NCBI GenBank assembly: GCA_046757405.1
Contig: JBHHYE010000007.1
Location: 25,222 to 89,221, forward strand
Origin: Acidobacteriota bacterium
Lineage (GTDB): Bacteria; Acidobacteriota; Polarisedimenticolia; SMYD01
Length of the DNA stretch: 64,000 bases
Reading direction: 5' to 3'
In this document: positions 9,238 to 19,575 of the stretch, piece by piece
Position numbering within the stretch: position 1 is the first letter of the stretch
How the letters are laid out: each line of letters opens with the position of its first letter
Made by a program: the position numbers and the translations under genes
The notes under the pieces: model-generated
The model's database searches: none
The model's input: the letters and a program-made list of their open reading frames with translations, nothing else
Told to the model about the DNA's origin: nothing

Positions 9238-11394
9238 TCAGTGGACCCGCAGGAGGAAATCGCCCCCTGGTCCCGGCAAGGCAACGGGCTGAAATACGGA
9301 ATCAAGGGCATGGACGGCATCCAGGCGGAGGATCGTCTCTCCCGGCCCCAGCGAGCGCCACTGGGTGGAGAGCAAGACCCCTTTTCTATCCTCCACGGCG
9401 GGATCCACGCCAACCAGATCGGTGCGCGCCACGGTGAAGCGGAGCTCGCCCACCGTGGAAGCCCCGGCGGAAGAATCAACGCGCAAGGGCTCATTTTTCG
9501 GGCCTAACAACGGGCCAGGCGCGGGATGTCCATCTGGGATCATCCGATCCGGATCGTAGACCATCACCAGAGAGACGGCGTAAAGGTCGTGCAAGGTAGG
9601 CGGAAGAGCCACGACCACATCGATGCGCAGCCGTTTCTGGGACCCGCCGAGAACGCGGAGGCTCCAGTTCCCGCCGTCGCTTTCCGGAGCAGCAACCCGG
9701 GCGATTGCAACATCCAGACACGGTTCGCCGGCCGGGCGCGGCAGACCCGTGGAAGCGCGGCCGAAGGAGCCGGGCCCGCATCGTGACTCTCCCGTCGACA
9801 AGTAATAGAAGTAGGAGCCGGGAGAGGGTTCCTCCGCATCGCGAGCTTCGTTCTCGCGCAAGCCGCCCCAAAAACAGGAATGATTGTACTCGAACGGGGC
9901 CTGGAGACGTCCCGACCCCCGCGAGAAACGGTAGGGGCCGGACGTCTCTCCCGGCCACTGCCAGCGTTGGCCGGTCCGCCCCGCCGCCTGCAATCCCACT
10001 CCCACCTCTCGCGCCGGCCGCCCGGCCCCGGGATCGGTCACATCACAATCCACGTCATCATCCACGTGATCGCCATCGGCGTCCGGATCGCAGGCATCCC
10101 CGGTCCCATCATGGTCGCGGTCTGCCTGGCCGGGATTGCTCAGTCCGGCACAGTTATCCTCGGCATCTGCGCGTCCGTCACCGTCAGCATCCCCCTCCAC
10201 CGGGCCTCCAGGCAGCGAGCCGTTCCTTGCCGGGCCACCGCCTGGGGAGGCCGCCATGCCCCCGCCTTCCGCCCGGGCGGCACCGTCCTCCCGCCGCCCG
10301 GCCCCCCCTTCCTGCGACTCCTGGCTGCCTTCCGGGTTCGTCTCACAGGCATCCCCCGTGCCGTCGCCGTCGGCATCAAGCTGATCCGGATTGTAGAGTC
10401 CGGGGCAGTTGTCCTGTGAGTCGTCGACCCCGTCTTCATCCGCATCGACCTCCTCCTCATCGTCTTGATCCTCTTCTTCGAACTGCACAGGTTTGCTATT
10501 GGCGGAGAAAAAGAGGGACTCCAGGTTCCCCACGTACACCAGGCGCAGCGCGAAGGTCGCCTGGGAGACGCCGTCCAGCGCGGGGTTGTCGGAGTTGATC
10601 ACGACAGAGATCTCGGCTGGGGAAGCCAACTCAGCCACCAACCGTGCCTGGTTGAGAGCCGCCTGGTTGGGGTTCTCCCCCGGATAAACGTAGAGGCGGT
10701 AACCGGCAATTCCCTCGGGCGCCCCGTCGATGGCCGTCACCGCCACAGCGCGCTGCCAGCGCAGACGAATCGTCCCGGCGGACTGGCTGACCACCTGGGG
10801 AACGGGAATGGGGGCCAGCCCACCGATGGACCGCAGGCCATTCGACAGGGTCACTGATGAGGTGATACTGGTCAGGGGCTCGAAGCAGGCCATGACGGGA
10901 CCCGGCTGATCCGGTTGGTTGCAGTTCGGTCTGGCGGAATTTCCCGTTTCCCCGAAATGCACCAGTTGCGACTGGACCCCGTAGTAACCGGCATGCTTCG
11001 CACTGCCCGGCTGGATCACGCCATCCCACACATTGAAGAACGGCAGATCAAGAACGCCCAGGGCACCGGGAAAGTTTCCAGAAACGGTCGCTCCGGTCCG
11101 GTATCCCCTCCGCTTCGGCGCATATCTGGCCCTGCCGTCCAGGGAGGCTGAACTGTTGATCACCGGAGTGCCGGTGAGAAGATGGTACATCCTGTACCGG
11201 AGATTGCAGGTGCCTTCCCCCCGGCATCCAAAGACGTCGCTGGGAACATCCAGAACATAGGCCTGCAGGATTTCCCCTGGGTTCTGGGCGAGGGACGGGC
11301 TCCCACCTGCCCACAAGGCCAGCAGGACTCCAACCGCCAACCCCCAGCCCCAGGACGAGTGGTGGGGCTCCTGACTCGCCAAGACGCAGCTCAC
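9238..11394 (-). CDS. Secreted protein with thrombospondin type-3 (Ca-binding) repeats, an FN3-like region and a cohesin-like C-terminal domain
   Basis: TSP3-type motifs DNCPGLYNPDQLDADGDGTGDAC and DNCAGLSNPGQADRDHDGTGDACDPDADGD. Acidic linker EEEDQDDEEEVDADEDG. N-terminal signal WGLAVGVLLALWAGG. GTG start. Confidence 0.7.
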   Translation of the reverse strand: MSCVLASQEPHHSSWGWGLAVGVLLALWAGGSPSLAQNPGEILQAYVLDVPSDVFGCRGEGTCNLRYRMYHLLTGTPVINSSASLDGRARYAPKRRGYRTGATVSGNFPGALGVLDLPFFNVWDGVIQPGSAKHAGYYGVQSQLVHFGETGNSARPNCNQPDQPGPVMACFEPLTSITSSVTLSNGLRSIGGLAPIPVPQVVSQSAGTIRLRWQRAVAVTAIDGAPEGIAGYRLYVYPGENPNQAALNQARLVAELASPAEISVVINSDNPALDGVSQATFALRLVYVGNLESLFFSANSKPVQFEEEDQDDEEEVDADEDGVDDSQDNCPGLYNPDQLDADGDGTGDACETNPEGSQESQEGGAGRREDGAARAEGGGMAASPGGGPARNGSLPGGPVEGDADGDGRADAEDNCAGLSNPGQADRDHDGTGDACDPDADGDHVDDDVDCDVTDPGAGRPAREVGVGLQAAGRTGQRWQWPGETSGPYRFSRGSGRLQAPFEYNHSCFWGGLRENEARDAEEPSPGSYFYYLSTGESRCGPGSFGRASTGLPRPAGEPCLDVAIARVAAPESDGGNWSLRVLGGSQKRLRIDVVVALPPTLHDLYAVSLVMVYDPDRMIPDGHPAPGPLLGPKNEPLRVDSSAGASTVGELRFTVARTDLVGVDPAVEDRKGVLLSTQWRSLGPGETILRLDAVHALDSVFQPVALPGPGGDFLLRVH

Positions 11395-11477
11395 CGAGCC
11401 AGATTACCATGGGGTTCGCACACCAACCAGGGATGGAGAGCGGCAACCGTCGCCACCGGGTCGAACAGACCCTCGAA

Positions 11478-13874
11478 TCATGCCTCCAGCGTCAGCACGG
11501 TCGCACCTTCTCCGCCTTCATTGGGAGCACCACCCCGGTGACCCGCCACCAGGGGATGCCCCTGCAGGTGTTGCCGGATGGCCTTCCGCAGCCGGCCGGT
11601 TCCGTGCCCGTGAACGACACGTACTTCTTTGCGGCCGGCGAGAAGGGCACGGTCCAGGAAGCGGTCCAGGCTCTGCAGCGCAACGTCCACCCGCTCCCCA
11701 ATCAGGTTGATCTCGCCACTGACGGACGTCCCCGCCGAGGCGCACAGGGTCACTCCGGGGAGGTGGCGCGGCCCCGGCGCCGGGCCGCGGAGCCCGGTGA
11801 CCTTCTTCCGGTCCACCTGGAGCCTCTTCCCCTCAACCTGAACGATGAGAGTGCCGCTGGAGACAACCCTTTCCACGGTGGCCTCCCTGCCAATGGCTGG
11901 CACCAGGACCCGCTGCCCAACCTGCAGGGGGAGGGTGCTCTCCGAACCCACTTCCGGTTCCGGATCCAGGGGAACGGCCTGGTTAATCTGGCGGCGGGCC
12001 TGCCGGGAGAATTCGGCCCGGGCCCGCGCCGTCTCCAGCCGTGCGCGTTCCCGCCCCACGGTCCGCTCCAGCTGCCCTAGGATTTCTTCCGCCGTCCGGC
12101 GGAAGCTCTTTCCGGCCTCCTCGAGAATGGACTCCAGGCGCCTCCGAGCCAGCGCCGCGCCACGCTGCCGATCCCTCTCGGCTCTTTCACGCTCGGCCCG
12201 CACCTTCACCAGTTCCTCGCGCGCCGCTTCTCGATCGGAGACAGCGGCCTCCGCCAGCTCCGCCAGGCGGGCCAGGTAACGCTCCACGCCACGGCTCCCA
12301 TCACCGACCAGCGCGCGGGCCTCATTCACGATCTCCGTGGATAAGCCCAGGCGCCCGGCAATCTCCAGGCCGCTGGAGCGACCGGCCATACCATCCAGCA
12401 GCCGGTAGGTTGGCGCGAGACTGGTCTCGTCGAATTCCACCGCCGCGTTCCGCACACCCTCCGTGGTTTCGGCAAAGGCCTTGAGGCCATTGTGGTGGGT
12501 GGTCACCAGAATGGACGATTGGCGCTTGCGGAAGAACTCCACGACCGCCACGCCGAGCGCCATGCCCTCCTCGGGATCTGTGCCTGTTCCCAGCTCGTCG
12601 ATGAGGACCAAGGCCGGCGCCTCCAGCTTCCGCGTCATGCGCACCAGAGCCCGCATATGCGAGGAAAAGGTGGACAGGTCCTCGGCAATCGATTGATGAT
12701 CCCCGATATCCGCCAAGATCTGCTTGAAGACCGGCAGCAACGCTTCCCGGGCCGGCACCGCCAATCCGGCCTGGTTCATGAGTGCAACTAGGCCGACCGT
12801 TTTCAGAACCACGGTCTTGCCGCCTGTGTTGGGCCCGGAGATCACCAGCACCGGCGCCTGTGGCCGCAGATGGATGGAGATCGGCACGGCCGTGCGCCCT
12901 TCTCGGCGCAGACGCTCCACCAGAAGCGGGTGCTTCGCGTCGCTCAACCGCACAGTCCTCTCGCTGGCCAGACGAGCGGGAACCGCCCCCAGGTCGCGGC
13001 CCAGGGCAACGGCCGCCGCGAGCCGATCGAAAACCGCGATGGTCTCCACGGCCCAGGAGAGGTCCTCCATCTGGCGTCGCGCCTGGTCGGTCAATGCCCT
13101 GAGAATGCGCCGGATTTCCCGGGACTCATCGCCCTGGAGCGCCACGAGCTCGTTGTTGAGGGAAACCGTCTCCGCGGGCTCCATGAAGAGAGTGGCTCCC
13201 GAGCCGGATGCGGCGTGAACAATGCCGCTCACGGAATGCCGGCGATCCGCACGGACCGGAATCACGAAACGGCCACTCCTCTGGGTCACGAACCGATCGC
13301 CCAGGTAGCGGTCCGCGTCCGGCCTGTCCAGGTAGGACTCCAGCTTCCGGTTCAACTGCCGGCGGAGTGCCGACAACCGGGACCGGATGCCCGCCAGCTC
13401 CCGGCTGGCCCCGTCACGCACGGAGCCATCCGCCGCGAAGGTCCGCGCCGCAGCCTGAATAAACGGTTGGAGATCCGGGGCGCCGTCAATCCGGACGCAC
13501 ATCACCGGCGCCTGCTCCCGTCGGGAACCGAGTGACAGAACCAGCCGCCGGCCGGCCTTCGCAATCCTGGCCAGATTGCCGAGGCTTTCCTCCCCGAGAG
13601 CAGCACCCGGCAGTCTCAGGCGGTTCAGATCCGCGCTGGGGTCGTCCAGGGCGGGAAAAGTCCACCGAAATCCATCCTCGCCCATGGCCATGGCCTCCGA
13701 GAGGCAGGCCAGGCGCCTCTCCACGGTCTCCCGCTCACAACTTGGTTCCAGCGCCAAGGCGGATGCCCGGCCCATGGGCGTGGACGTCCGTTCGGCCAGG
13801 AGCGCCAGAACGTCGTCAAACTCCAGATCTCCCCGGGAAAGGGGATCCCCCGGCCCCGCCGGCGCTGCGGTCAT
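11478..13874 (-). CDS. mutS2: Endonuclease MutS2 (MutS domain V ATPase + C-terminal Smr)
   Basis: Walker A GPNTGGKT, DELGTGTDPEEG, Smr motif VRVVHGHGTGRLRKAI. The ATG at 13874 overlaps the pgsA stop (ATGA). Confidence 0.9.
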   Translation of the reverse strand: MTAAPAGPGDPLSRGDLEFDDVLALLAERTSTPMGRASALALEPSCERETVERRLACLSEAMAMGEDGFRWTFPALDDPSADLNRLRLPGAALGEESLGNLARIAKAGRRLVLSLGSRREQAPVMCVRIDGAPDLQPFIQAAARTFAADGSVRDGASRELAGIRSRLSALRRQLNRKLESYLDRPDADRYLGDRFVTQRSGRFVIPVRADRRHSVSGIVHAASGSGATLFMEPAETVSLNNELVALQGDESREIRRILRALTDQARRQMEDLSWAVETIAVFDRLAAAVALGRDLGAVPARLASERTVRLSDAKHPLLVERLRREGRTAVPISIHLRPQAPVLVISGPNTGGKTVVLKTVGLVALMNQAGLAVPAREALLPVFKQILADIGDHQSIAEDLSTFSSHMRALVRMTRKLEAPALVLIDELGTGTDPEEGMALGVAVVEFFRKRQSSILVTTHHNGLKAFAETTEGVRNAAVEFDETSLAPTYRLLDGMAGRSSGLEIAGRLGLSTEIVNEARALVGDGSRGVERYLARLAELAEAAVSDREAAREELVKVRAERERAERDRQRGAALARRRLESILEEAGKSFRRTAEEILGQLERTVGRERARLETARARAEFSRQARRQINQAVPLDPEPEVGSESTLPLQVGQRVLVPAIGREATVERVVSSGTLIVQVEGKRLQVDRKKVTGLRGPAPGPRHLPGVTLCASAGTSVSGEINLIGERVDVALQSLDRFLDRALLAGRKEVRVVHGHGTGRLRKAIRQHLQGHPLVAGHRGGAPNEGGEGATVLTLEA

Positions 13875-14467
13875 GAGGGCGCACTCTGCCCGTCCACATC
13901 CGCAGCGAGGTTCCGGGCGGCGTGCCAGGCATAATGAAGTCCCGAGCCGACCGTTGCCACGAGGCAAACAGCGATCCACAGGCGGCGCATGACCAGGGAG
14001 CTTATGGCCAGGGCGTTGAAGAAAAGAAAAAATGAAACGGTGAGCACCTGGGCGCCGGTGGTGAGCTTGCCGGGCAAGGTCGGCGGAAACCGCTTGATGT
14101 TGAAGGCCAGGTTGAAGAGGAGGGCCACCAGGACGATCAGGACATCCCGGCCGATGACGAGAACCGCCAGCCAGATGGGTACACGGTTAGCGGGCTGAAA
14201 ATGAGGCAGGGAAGCCAGTGGGGGGAGCGAGAGTACCACGAACACGGCGGTCATGAGCAGCTTGTCGGCCAGCGGGTCCAGGAAGGCCCCCAGGGCGGAC
14301 TTCTGCCTGGTGAGTCTTGCGATGAGCCCGTCCAGCGCATCCGTGACGCCCGCCATGAGGAAGAGAACAAAGGCCCAGCCGAAGTGGCCATAGAGAACCG
14401 CCACCACGAGAAAGGGAATGAGGACCATGCGAAACAGGGTCAGCTGATTCGGCAGTGTGAGTCCCAA
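13871..14467 (-). CDS. pgsA: CDP-diacylglycerol--glycerol-3-phosphate 3-phosphatidyltransferase
   Basis: CDP-alcohol phosphatidyltransferase motif DALDGLIARLTRQKSALGAFLDPLADK. The TTG start at 14467 is preceded by GGAGGAGG. Confidence 0.9.
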   Translation of the reverse strand: MGLTLPNQLTLFRMVLIPFLVVAVLYGHFGWAFVLFLMAGVTDALDGLIARLTRQKSALGAFLDPLADKLLMTAVFVVLSLPPLASLPHFQPANRVPIWLAVLVIGRDVLIVLVALLFNLAFNIKRFPPTLPGKLTTGAQVLTVSFFLFFNALAISSLVMRRLWIAVCLVATVGSGLHYAWHAARNLAADVDGQSAPS

Positions 14468-14503
14468 AGGGTGCCCTCCTCCCCGGATCTTGCCCGCGGC
14501 TGA

Positions 14504-15415
14504 TTATTTCTGCGTCCAATCCGCGGAGGCCGTTTGCAAGACGTACACCTTCCCCGCCGCCAGGAGGTCTCCGACCCCGGCCTCGGCCAATCGCTTTTCC
14601 TGTCCGCCCCGCAAGACGATGTCAGCCAGAAAATCGCCGGAGATCTTGGAGACCTTGAGAACCAGGGGATGGGCGCCCAGATCCTTGGCCAGCTTCTTGG
14701 TGAATCCACTGCGTTTCACCTGGGCTCCCGAGCGTACCAGGTAGGTGACCGGCGCGGCCTGGATCCGGGCCTTCGCACTCAGGTCGCCGGGACCGTACAG
14801 CACCTCTCCCGCCTCGTCGAGGACCCGGGGAAAGAGCGCCGTCTGCAGGCTGGTGCCACTGGCATCGAAAACCACACTGGTGAAAGAACCGCCACTCGTT
14901 CCGGACAGCGCGCCGGGCTGGGCATCCGAGAGGGCCACCGCGCGGATCGTCTCCGCCAGAGCCCTCTTGCCGTAAAGACGCAACCGGAACGTGGTCCTCA
15001 TGGTCATGTTGGCCGTCTTCCTGTCCGTCATGGATCGCCTCTTGGGAATCATCTTGCGCAGGGCGTCTTCCAGCGCCGCATTCCCGGCGATCCGTGTGGA
15101 GCCGTCGACGTTGATGCCACGCAGCAAGCGGTAAAAAGCCGGGTCGGCCTTCTCCTCGGCATCCTCGATCGCCCGGATCTTGGCATGGCTTCCGCCGAAT
15201 CGCTGGGTGTCGTAGACGGCATCGACGACGACTTCAGCATACCCCTCCCCCCAATTGATGAATCCGGTCGGGATCCGCTCCGTGTAAGGCTGAAGCGCGG
15301 ACGGATCGAGTTCCTGGGCAAGAAGCGGACCGCCCAGAAGCACACCGAACAGGGAAAACGCCGCCGGGACCAGACGGCTGCGGCGCCGGAGCAAGCTGAG
15401 AATCTGAGTCGTCAT
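14504..15415 (-). CDS. Hypothetical secreted protein
   Basis: In-frame ATG at 15415 ([34 protein letters not shown]) gives a signal peptide. I recognise no motif. The ORF is GC3-rich and fills the gap between hfq and pgsA. Confidence 0.5.
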   Translation of the reverse strand: MTTQILSLLRRRSRLVPAAFSLFGVLLGGPLLAQELDPSALQPYTERIPTGFINWGEGYAEVVVDAVYDTQRFGGSHAKIRAIEDAEEKADPAFYRLLRGINVDGSTRIAGNAALEDALRKMIPKRRSMTDRKTANMTMRTTFRLRLYGKRALAETIRAVALSDAQPGALSGTSGGSFTSVVFDASGTSLQTALFPRVLDEAGEVLYGPGDLSAKARIQAAPVTYLVRSGAQVKRSGFTKKLAKDLGAHPLVLKVSKISGDFLADIVLRGGQEKRLAEAGVGDLLAAGKVYVLQTASADWTQK

Positions 15416-15523
15416 AGACAGGGCCTCCGGGCTTCCCAGCACAGCCGCTCCGCGCGACTGTTTCCTACCCGGGAGCCTCTCGAATACCATGTTACTCTCT
15501 CGGAAGGGTTCCCGGAAATGCCT

Positions 15524-15892
15524 TCATCCGCTGGTATCGGGGTCTGCTCCTTCTTTGTCCAGATGTTCCTGGCCCGGCCGCGCCCCCGCCGGTCGTGGTG
15601 ACGCGTGCGTTGCTCCGCCTTCCCGGGAAACATCTGAAACGTCCATCCGGTTATTGAATCCTTCCCGGGGCCGCGGTGCCTGCGCATGGATCGGGCCGAC
15701 CGTTGCGATGGCATGCTTGAACACCATCTGCTCACCCTGATGGGTCTCCAGCAAGATGGTGAACCGATCAAACGACTTGATTCGGCCGGTGAGTCGCTTG
15801 CCGTTGTTGAGGAAAATCGCCATCCGTCGCTTCTCACGTCGAACCTGGTTAAAGAAATCATTTTGAATATTCGGAACCGCATCCTCTTGCAT
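15524..15892 (-). CDS. hfq: RNA chaperone Hfq with an extended C-terminal tail
   Basis: Sm1/Sm2-like IFLNNGKRLTGRIKSFDRFTILL and MVFKHAIATV. The ATG at 15892 is preceded by GGAGAAACC. Classical position downstream of miaA. Confidence 0.9.
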   Translation of the reverse strand: MQEDAVPNIQNDFFNQVRREKRRMAIFLNNGKRLTGRIKSFDRFTILLETHQGEQMVFKHAIATVGPIHAQAPRPREGFNNRMDVSDVSREGGATHASPRPAGARPGQEHLDKEGADPDTSG

Positions 15893-15906
15893 GGTTTCTC
15901 CTGTCC

Positions 15907-16836
15907 TCAGTAAAGCAGCGCCTCCGCGGAGCTCAATGTCTCCAGGGGATCGGCACTCGCCTCGAGCCAATGCGTCCCTTCCTCACGCCGGAACCAGGTC
16001 ATTTGCCGCCTGGCATACTGGCGCGTGGCGACCATCGTGCGCTGCATGGCCTCCGTCTCGTTCATCCGCCCCCGGATCACCGCCAGGCATTGCCGGTACC
16101 CGATCCCCTTGAACGCGTTGGCGGCCTCCGGAACACCCCGTGCCAGCAGCCCCCGGACCTCGTCCACCAGACCCTGCGCAAAGAACGTGCGAACCCGCTT
16201 TTCGATCCTCTCCCACAGCATCCGACGGTTCATCTTGAGCCCCACCTTGACGACCGGAAATCGATCACACCCCCGCCAGTCTCCGTGGAACGATCCTGTC
16301 AGATGGGCCGAAAGTGGGCGGCGGGTGGCAAAACGCACCTCCAGGGCACGGATGATCTTTTGGCTGTCACCGGGCATGAGACGGGCGGCCGTCGGCGGGT
16401 CCAGCCGGGCGAGCATCCGGTGCAGGTGGCCGGGCCCACCCCTGCGGGCACTCCGGCGCAAGCGCTTCCTGAGCGATTCTACCCGCGCAGGCCCTTGGAA
16501 GAGTCCTTTGAGGAACGCCCGCACATAGAGCCCCGTCCCCCCCACCATCATGGGCCTGAGACCCCGTGAGCGCACCGATTGCAGCGCCCTCTCAGCCGCG
16601 CGGACATAGTCTCCCGCCGAGAAATCCTCCTCGGGATCGGCAATGTCCACCAGAAAATGAGGAACACGTTCACGGTCCTCCAGGGTCGGCTTGGCTGTGC
16701 CCGTGTCAAAACCCCGGTAGACCTGCATGGCGTCTGCGCTCATGATGGCTCCCCCATGCCGCAGCGCCAAGGAGAGGGCCAGAGCGCTTTTCCCCACGGC
16801 TGTGGGCCCGATGATGAGGACCAACGGTTCTTCCAC
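15907..16836 (-). CDS. miaA: tRNA dimethylallyltransferase
   Basis: P-loop GPTAVGKSALAL, then MSADAMQVYRGFDTGTAKP. GTG start. Confidence 0.9.
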   Translation of the reverse strand: MEEPLVLIIGPTAVGKSALALSLALRHGGAIMSADAMQVYRGFDTGTAKPTLEDRERVPHFLVDIADPEEDFSAGDYVRAAERALQSVRSRGLRPMMVGGTGLYVRAFLKGLFQGPARVESLRKRLRRSARRGGPGHLHRMLARLDPPTAARLMPGDSQKIIRALEVRFATRRPLSAHLTGSFHGDWRGCDRFPVVKVGLKMNRRMLWERIEKRVRTFFAQGLVDEVRGLLARGVPEAANAFKGIGYRQCLAVIRGRMNETEAMQRTMVATRQYARRQMTWFRREEGTHWLEASADPLETLSSAEALLY

Positions 16837-16882
16837 AATGACCCATCATGAATCAGAAGGACTCACCAGATGCCGGGAGGCG

Positions 16883-19147
16883 TCATCTTACCGGCGCGGT
16901 CTCCGGCATGTCAAGCAACGCCGCGTTCTCATGGAGGTCCTCCAAGCGAACACCTCGGTAATAGTGCGTCAGGATCTGACGGTAATCCTGTCCGCGCACT
17001 GCCATGCCATAGGCACCGATCTGGCAGAGTCCGACTCCATGCCCCCATCCCTTCCCCGAAAAGATAAATTCCGTGATGCGCCCGGAAGAATCCTTCTGGC
17101 GTTGGATCGTGAAAAGTGTTTCATGGAGCCGCAACGCGACACGAATATCGAACCCGCGCAGACGCGACCTGCCGGCCGTCCCCACGACGTCCAGCTCGGC
17201 GACCCGCCCGGAGAGCCCACGCCGCACCACCGTCAGGTCCACCAGGTCCCCGATGGAGAGTAGGCGGCCCAGGCGGCGCGAGAGCTCCGGTTGGCTCACC
17301 TTGATCTCCCAGTCGAGCCGGGTCGAAAAGCGATCGTCGCTGAGGCTGCGGAAAGGCCGCAGGCCCTCGAGATAATCCAGCCGTCCCTTCCTATCCTGAT
17401 GGACCAGGATCGGCTCACCTCGGGTGACCGCCATGCGGGAGACCGGAACCGGGGCAGGCGAGCCCGCCGCAAAGAGAAAACGGCGCGGCGCCAGGGCCAG
17501 GCTTCCGGATTCCCGGGTCTCGAGAACCGCATTCTCGAACTGTTCCACCCGGACCTTCATGAGCCCGGTGTTTCCGTAGCGCTCCAGCAGGCGTCCCAGG
17601 ATCCCCAGCGTCTCGGCCACATGAATCGGCTCGTCCCAGGCATGCTTCCCGTCCGCGGCCGAGAGCTGCATGATTCCCTCACGAAGCAGGAGGGCGAGCT
17701 CCACTCCTCCACCGTCCACCGCCGGCTCCGGGAGTTGGATCGGTTGCATGCCCAGAAACACCGCGGCGTCCGCATCCAGCAACAGCATCTCGACTCTTTG
17801 CTCCCATCCAAGAAGCTGGACGAGATCCCTGGCGGCCGACCCGCGGGAGACAGCACGGGACTTCCCTTCCGGCTCCCCGGCGAACGAGCGCCCCAGGATC
17901 GGCGCCAGCTTGCGCCGCCAGAGCGTCCAGTCCTTCCCATCGAGTGACGAGCGCAGAAACTCTTCCTCCAGGCGCTGCCCCTCCACCACACCCAGAACCA
18001 CCAGAAGGGCCACCCCCCGGGCCAGACTGGGCGCGAGGTCCAGAAACTCCAGCCGGGCTGAACCCTCGACCTGGGCGACCACTTCCTGGCGCGCATCGGC
18101 TTCTGGAACACAAGGAACGCTCCTGAGATACGGTTCTTTCTGCTCTGGAAAAACATTCTCCACGTTCTCCGTCTGGCCCCCGCAGGTCGACGTGAACAAG
18201 GCATTGATCAACGCGCCCTGGTAGGTCAGCACCTGGCCCTCGGATGCCTCCACCGCATGATCAGTAAGGGAGTGCTCGCTGTCCACTCCTCCGTAGACCT
18301 GGCAGCGGGCCGTCTCGCAGATGTCATAACCCTCTTCGGCGTATTGTCCCCGGTTGCGAACCGCATAGGTCCGCGCCGCGACGGTCTGAGCCTTCAGGGC
18401 CTCGATCTCGGCGTACAGCTCCGGGCCCATCTCCTCCGGTACCACACCCCGCAGGTAGTCTTCCAGGTTCACCCGGTTGACCACCCCCAGGCGTCCCGCC
18501 GGATGAACGAAGATTTCCACAACCCCCCGGTACCTCTTTCCATTGACGGAAACGAAACCGTGGCCCGCAGGCCGGATCAGGAGGCGGATCCGGCCCACCA
18601 CCTTCTCCTCATAGTCGGCATCCACCAGGCGCAGGGTGGCGTGAGCGGACTCTCCCTGCTGGCTGGTGGCAATCCAGGCGTCGGGAAAACCCAATCCCCG
18701 CAGCCGATCCGTCAGCGCCGAGGCGCTCAGGCGACGGTCGAACTCGCCCACTCGCACCCGGTAAAGACGCCGCTGGGAGTCATGATGGACCTCCACCGGC
18801 TCGCCGAGCTCGCGTTCCAGGCGTCCGGCCAGATTCCGGGCCTCGCCCCGGTCTTGGAAGGAGCCCACCTGAACCTTGTATGTGGCGGCTTCCTCCTGTG
18901 CGCCCAGGAGAACAACCTGGACCTCTCCCTGGTACAGATCGCGCCATGGAGGCTCACCGGTTTCGGCATCGACCACCTCCAAGCCGTCCTGCGCGCCCAG
19001 TGTGACCACCCTGCCCTGGGCACCCGTGAGTCCGATGCGCATGACCGGCGGCAGGACCGCTCCCGCAGTGGCGGGGATTTCCCCGGCGGACGGCCCCGCC
19101 CCGGGGAACAACCACAGCAGGGTCAGCAGGAAGAGCGCGCGTTTCAT
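16883..19147 (-). CDS. SpoIID/LytB-domain protein with a SPOR peptidoglycan-binding domain
   Basis: SPOR-like YKVQVGSFQDRGEARNLAGRL..YRVRVGEF. SpoIID core LEDYLRGVVPEEM..ALKAQTVAARTYA..ICETARCQVYGG and C-terminal GKGWGHGVGLCQIGAYGMA. N-terminal signal peptide. Confidence 0.85.
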   Translation of the reverse strand: MKRALFLLTLLWLFPGAGPSAGEIPATAGAVLPPVMRIGLTGAQGRVVTLGAQDGLEVVDAETGEPPWRDLYQGEVQVVLLGAQEEAATYKVQVGSFQDRGEARNLAGRLERELGEPVEVHHDSQRRLYRVRVGEFDRRLSASALTDRLRGLGFPDAWIATSQQGESAHATLRLVDADYEEKVVGRIRLLIRPAGHGFVSVNGKRYRGVVEIFVHPAGRLGVVNRVNLEDYLRGVVPEEMGPELYAEIEALKAQTVAARTYAVRNRGQYAEEGYDICETARCQVYGGVDSEHSLTDHAVEASEGQVLTYQGALINALFTSTCGGQTENVENVFPEQKEPYLRSVPCVPEADARQEVVAQVEGSARLEFLDLAPSLARGVALLVVLGVVEGQRLEEEFLRSSLDGKDWTLWRRKLAPILGRSFAGEPEGKSRAVSRGSAARDLVQLLGWEQRVEMLLLDADAAVFLGMQPIQLPEPAVDGGGVELALLLREGIMQLSAADGKHAWDEPIHVAETLGILGRLLERYGNTGLMKVRVEQFENAVLETRESGSLALAPRRFLFAAGSPAPVPVSRMAVTRGEPILVHQDRKGRLDYLEGLRPFRSLSDDRFSTRLDWEIKVSQPELSRRLGRLLSIGDLVDLTVVRRGLSGRVAELDVVGTAGRSRLRGFDIRVALRLHETLFTIQRQKDSSGRITEFIFSGKGWGHGVGLCQIGAYGMAVRGQDYRQILTHYYRGVRLEDLHENAALLDMPETAPVR

Positions 19148-19539
19148 CAACGAGGCGGGATGCGGCGGGGAACCGGGTCCCCGCGCCGCCGACGGATGTC
19201 GACTCCCACCCAGTCCACGATGCCATCGAGCACAGGAGTCTCCTTGCGCACCTGGACACGCACTGAATCCACGGGAAACTCATCGAGCACATGGGCGGCA
19301 ACCTGCCCGGCGAAGGTTTCCAGAAGATAAAAACGATTCTCTCGGGCAATCGCCTTGACACGCTGGTGGACCTGGCCGTAATCGATGGTGTCCGCCAGGG
19401 AATCACTGATCATGGAAGGCGTCAGGTCTTTTTCCATTTCCACGGTCACCCAGTACCGGACACCGACCTCGCGCTCGAGACGGGTCGCCCCGTGGCGAGC
19501 ATGAAACCGAATACCGCTGACGATGATTCTGTCCGCCAT
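19147..19539 (-). CDS. folB: Dihydroneopterin aldolase
   Basis: MADRIIVSGIRFHARHGATRLEREVG..TIDYGQV is typical of FolB. The start is either ATG 19539 or GTG 19545. Confidence 0.85.
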   Translation of the reverse strand: MADRIIVSGIRFHARHGATRLEREVGVRYWVTVEMEKDLTPSMISDSLADTIDYGQVHQRVKAIARENRFYLLETFAGQVAAHVLDEFPVDSVRVQVRKETPVLDGIVDWVGVDIRRRRGDPVPRRIPPR

Positions 19540-19575
19540 GGCCACCGCCAGTCTAGGCCCCGCCTGGATAGGGCG

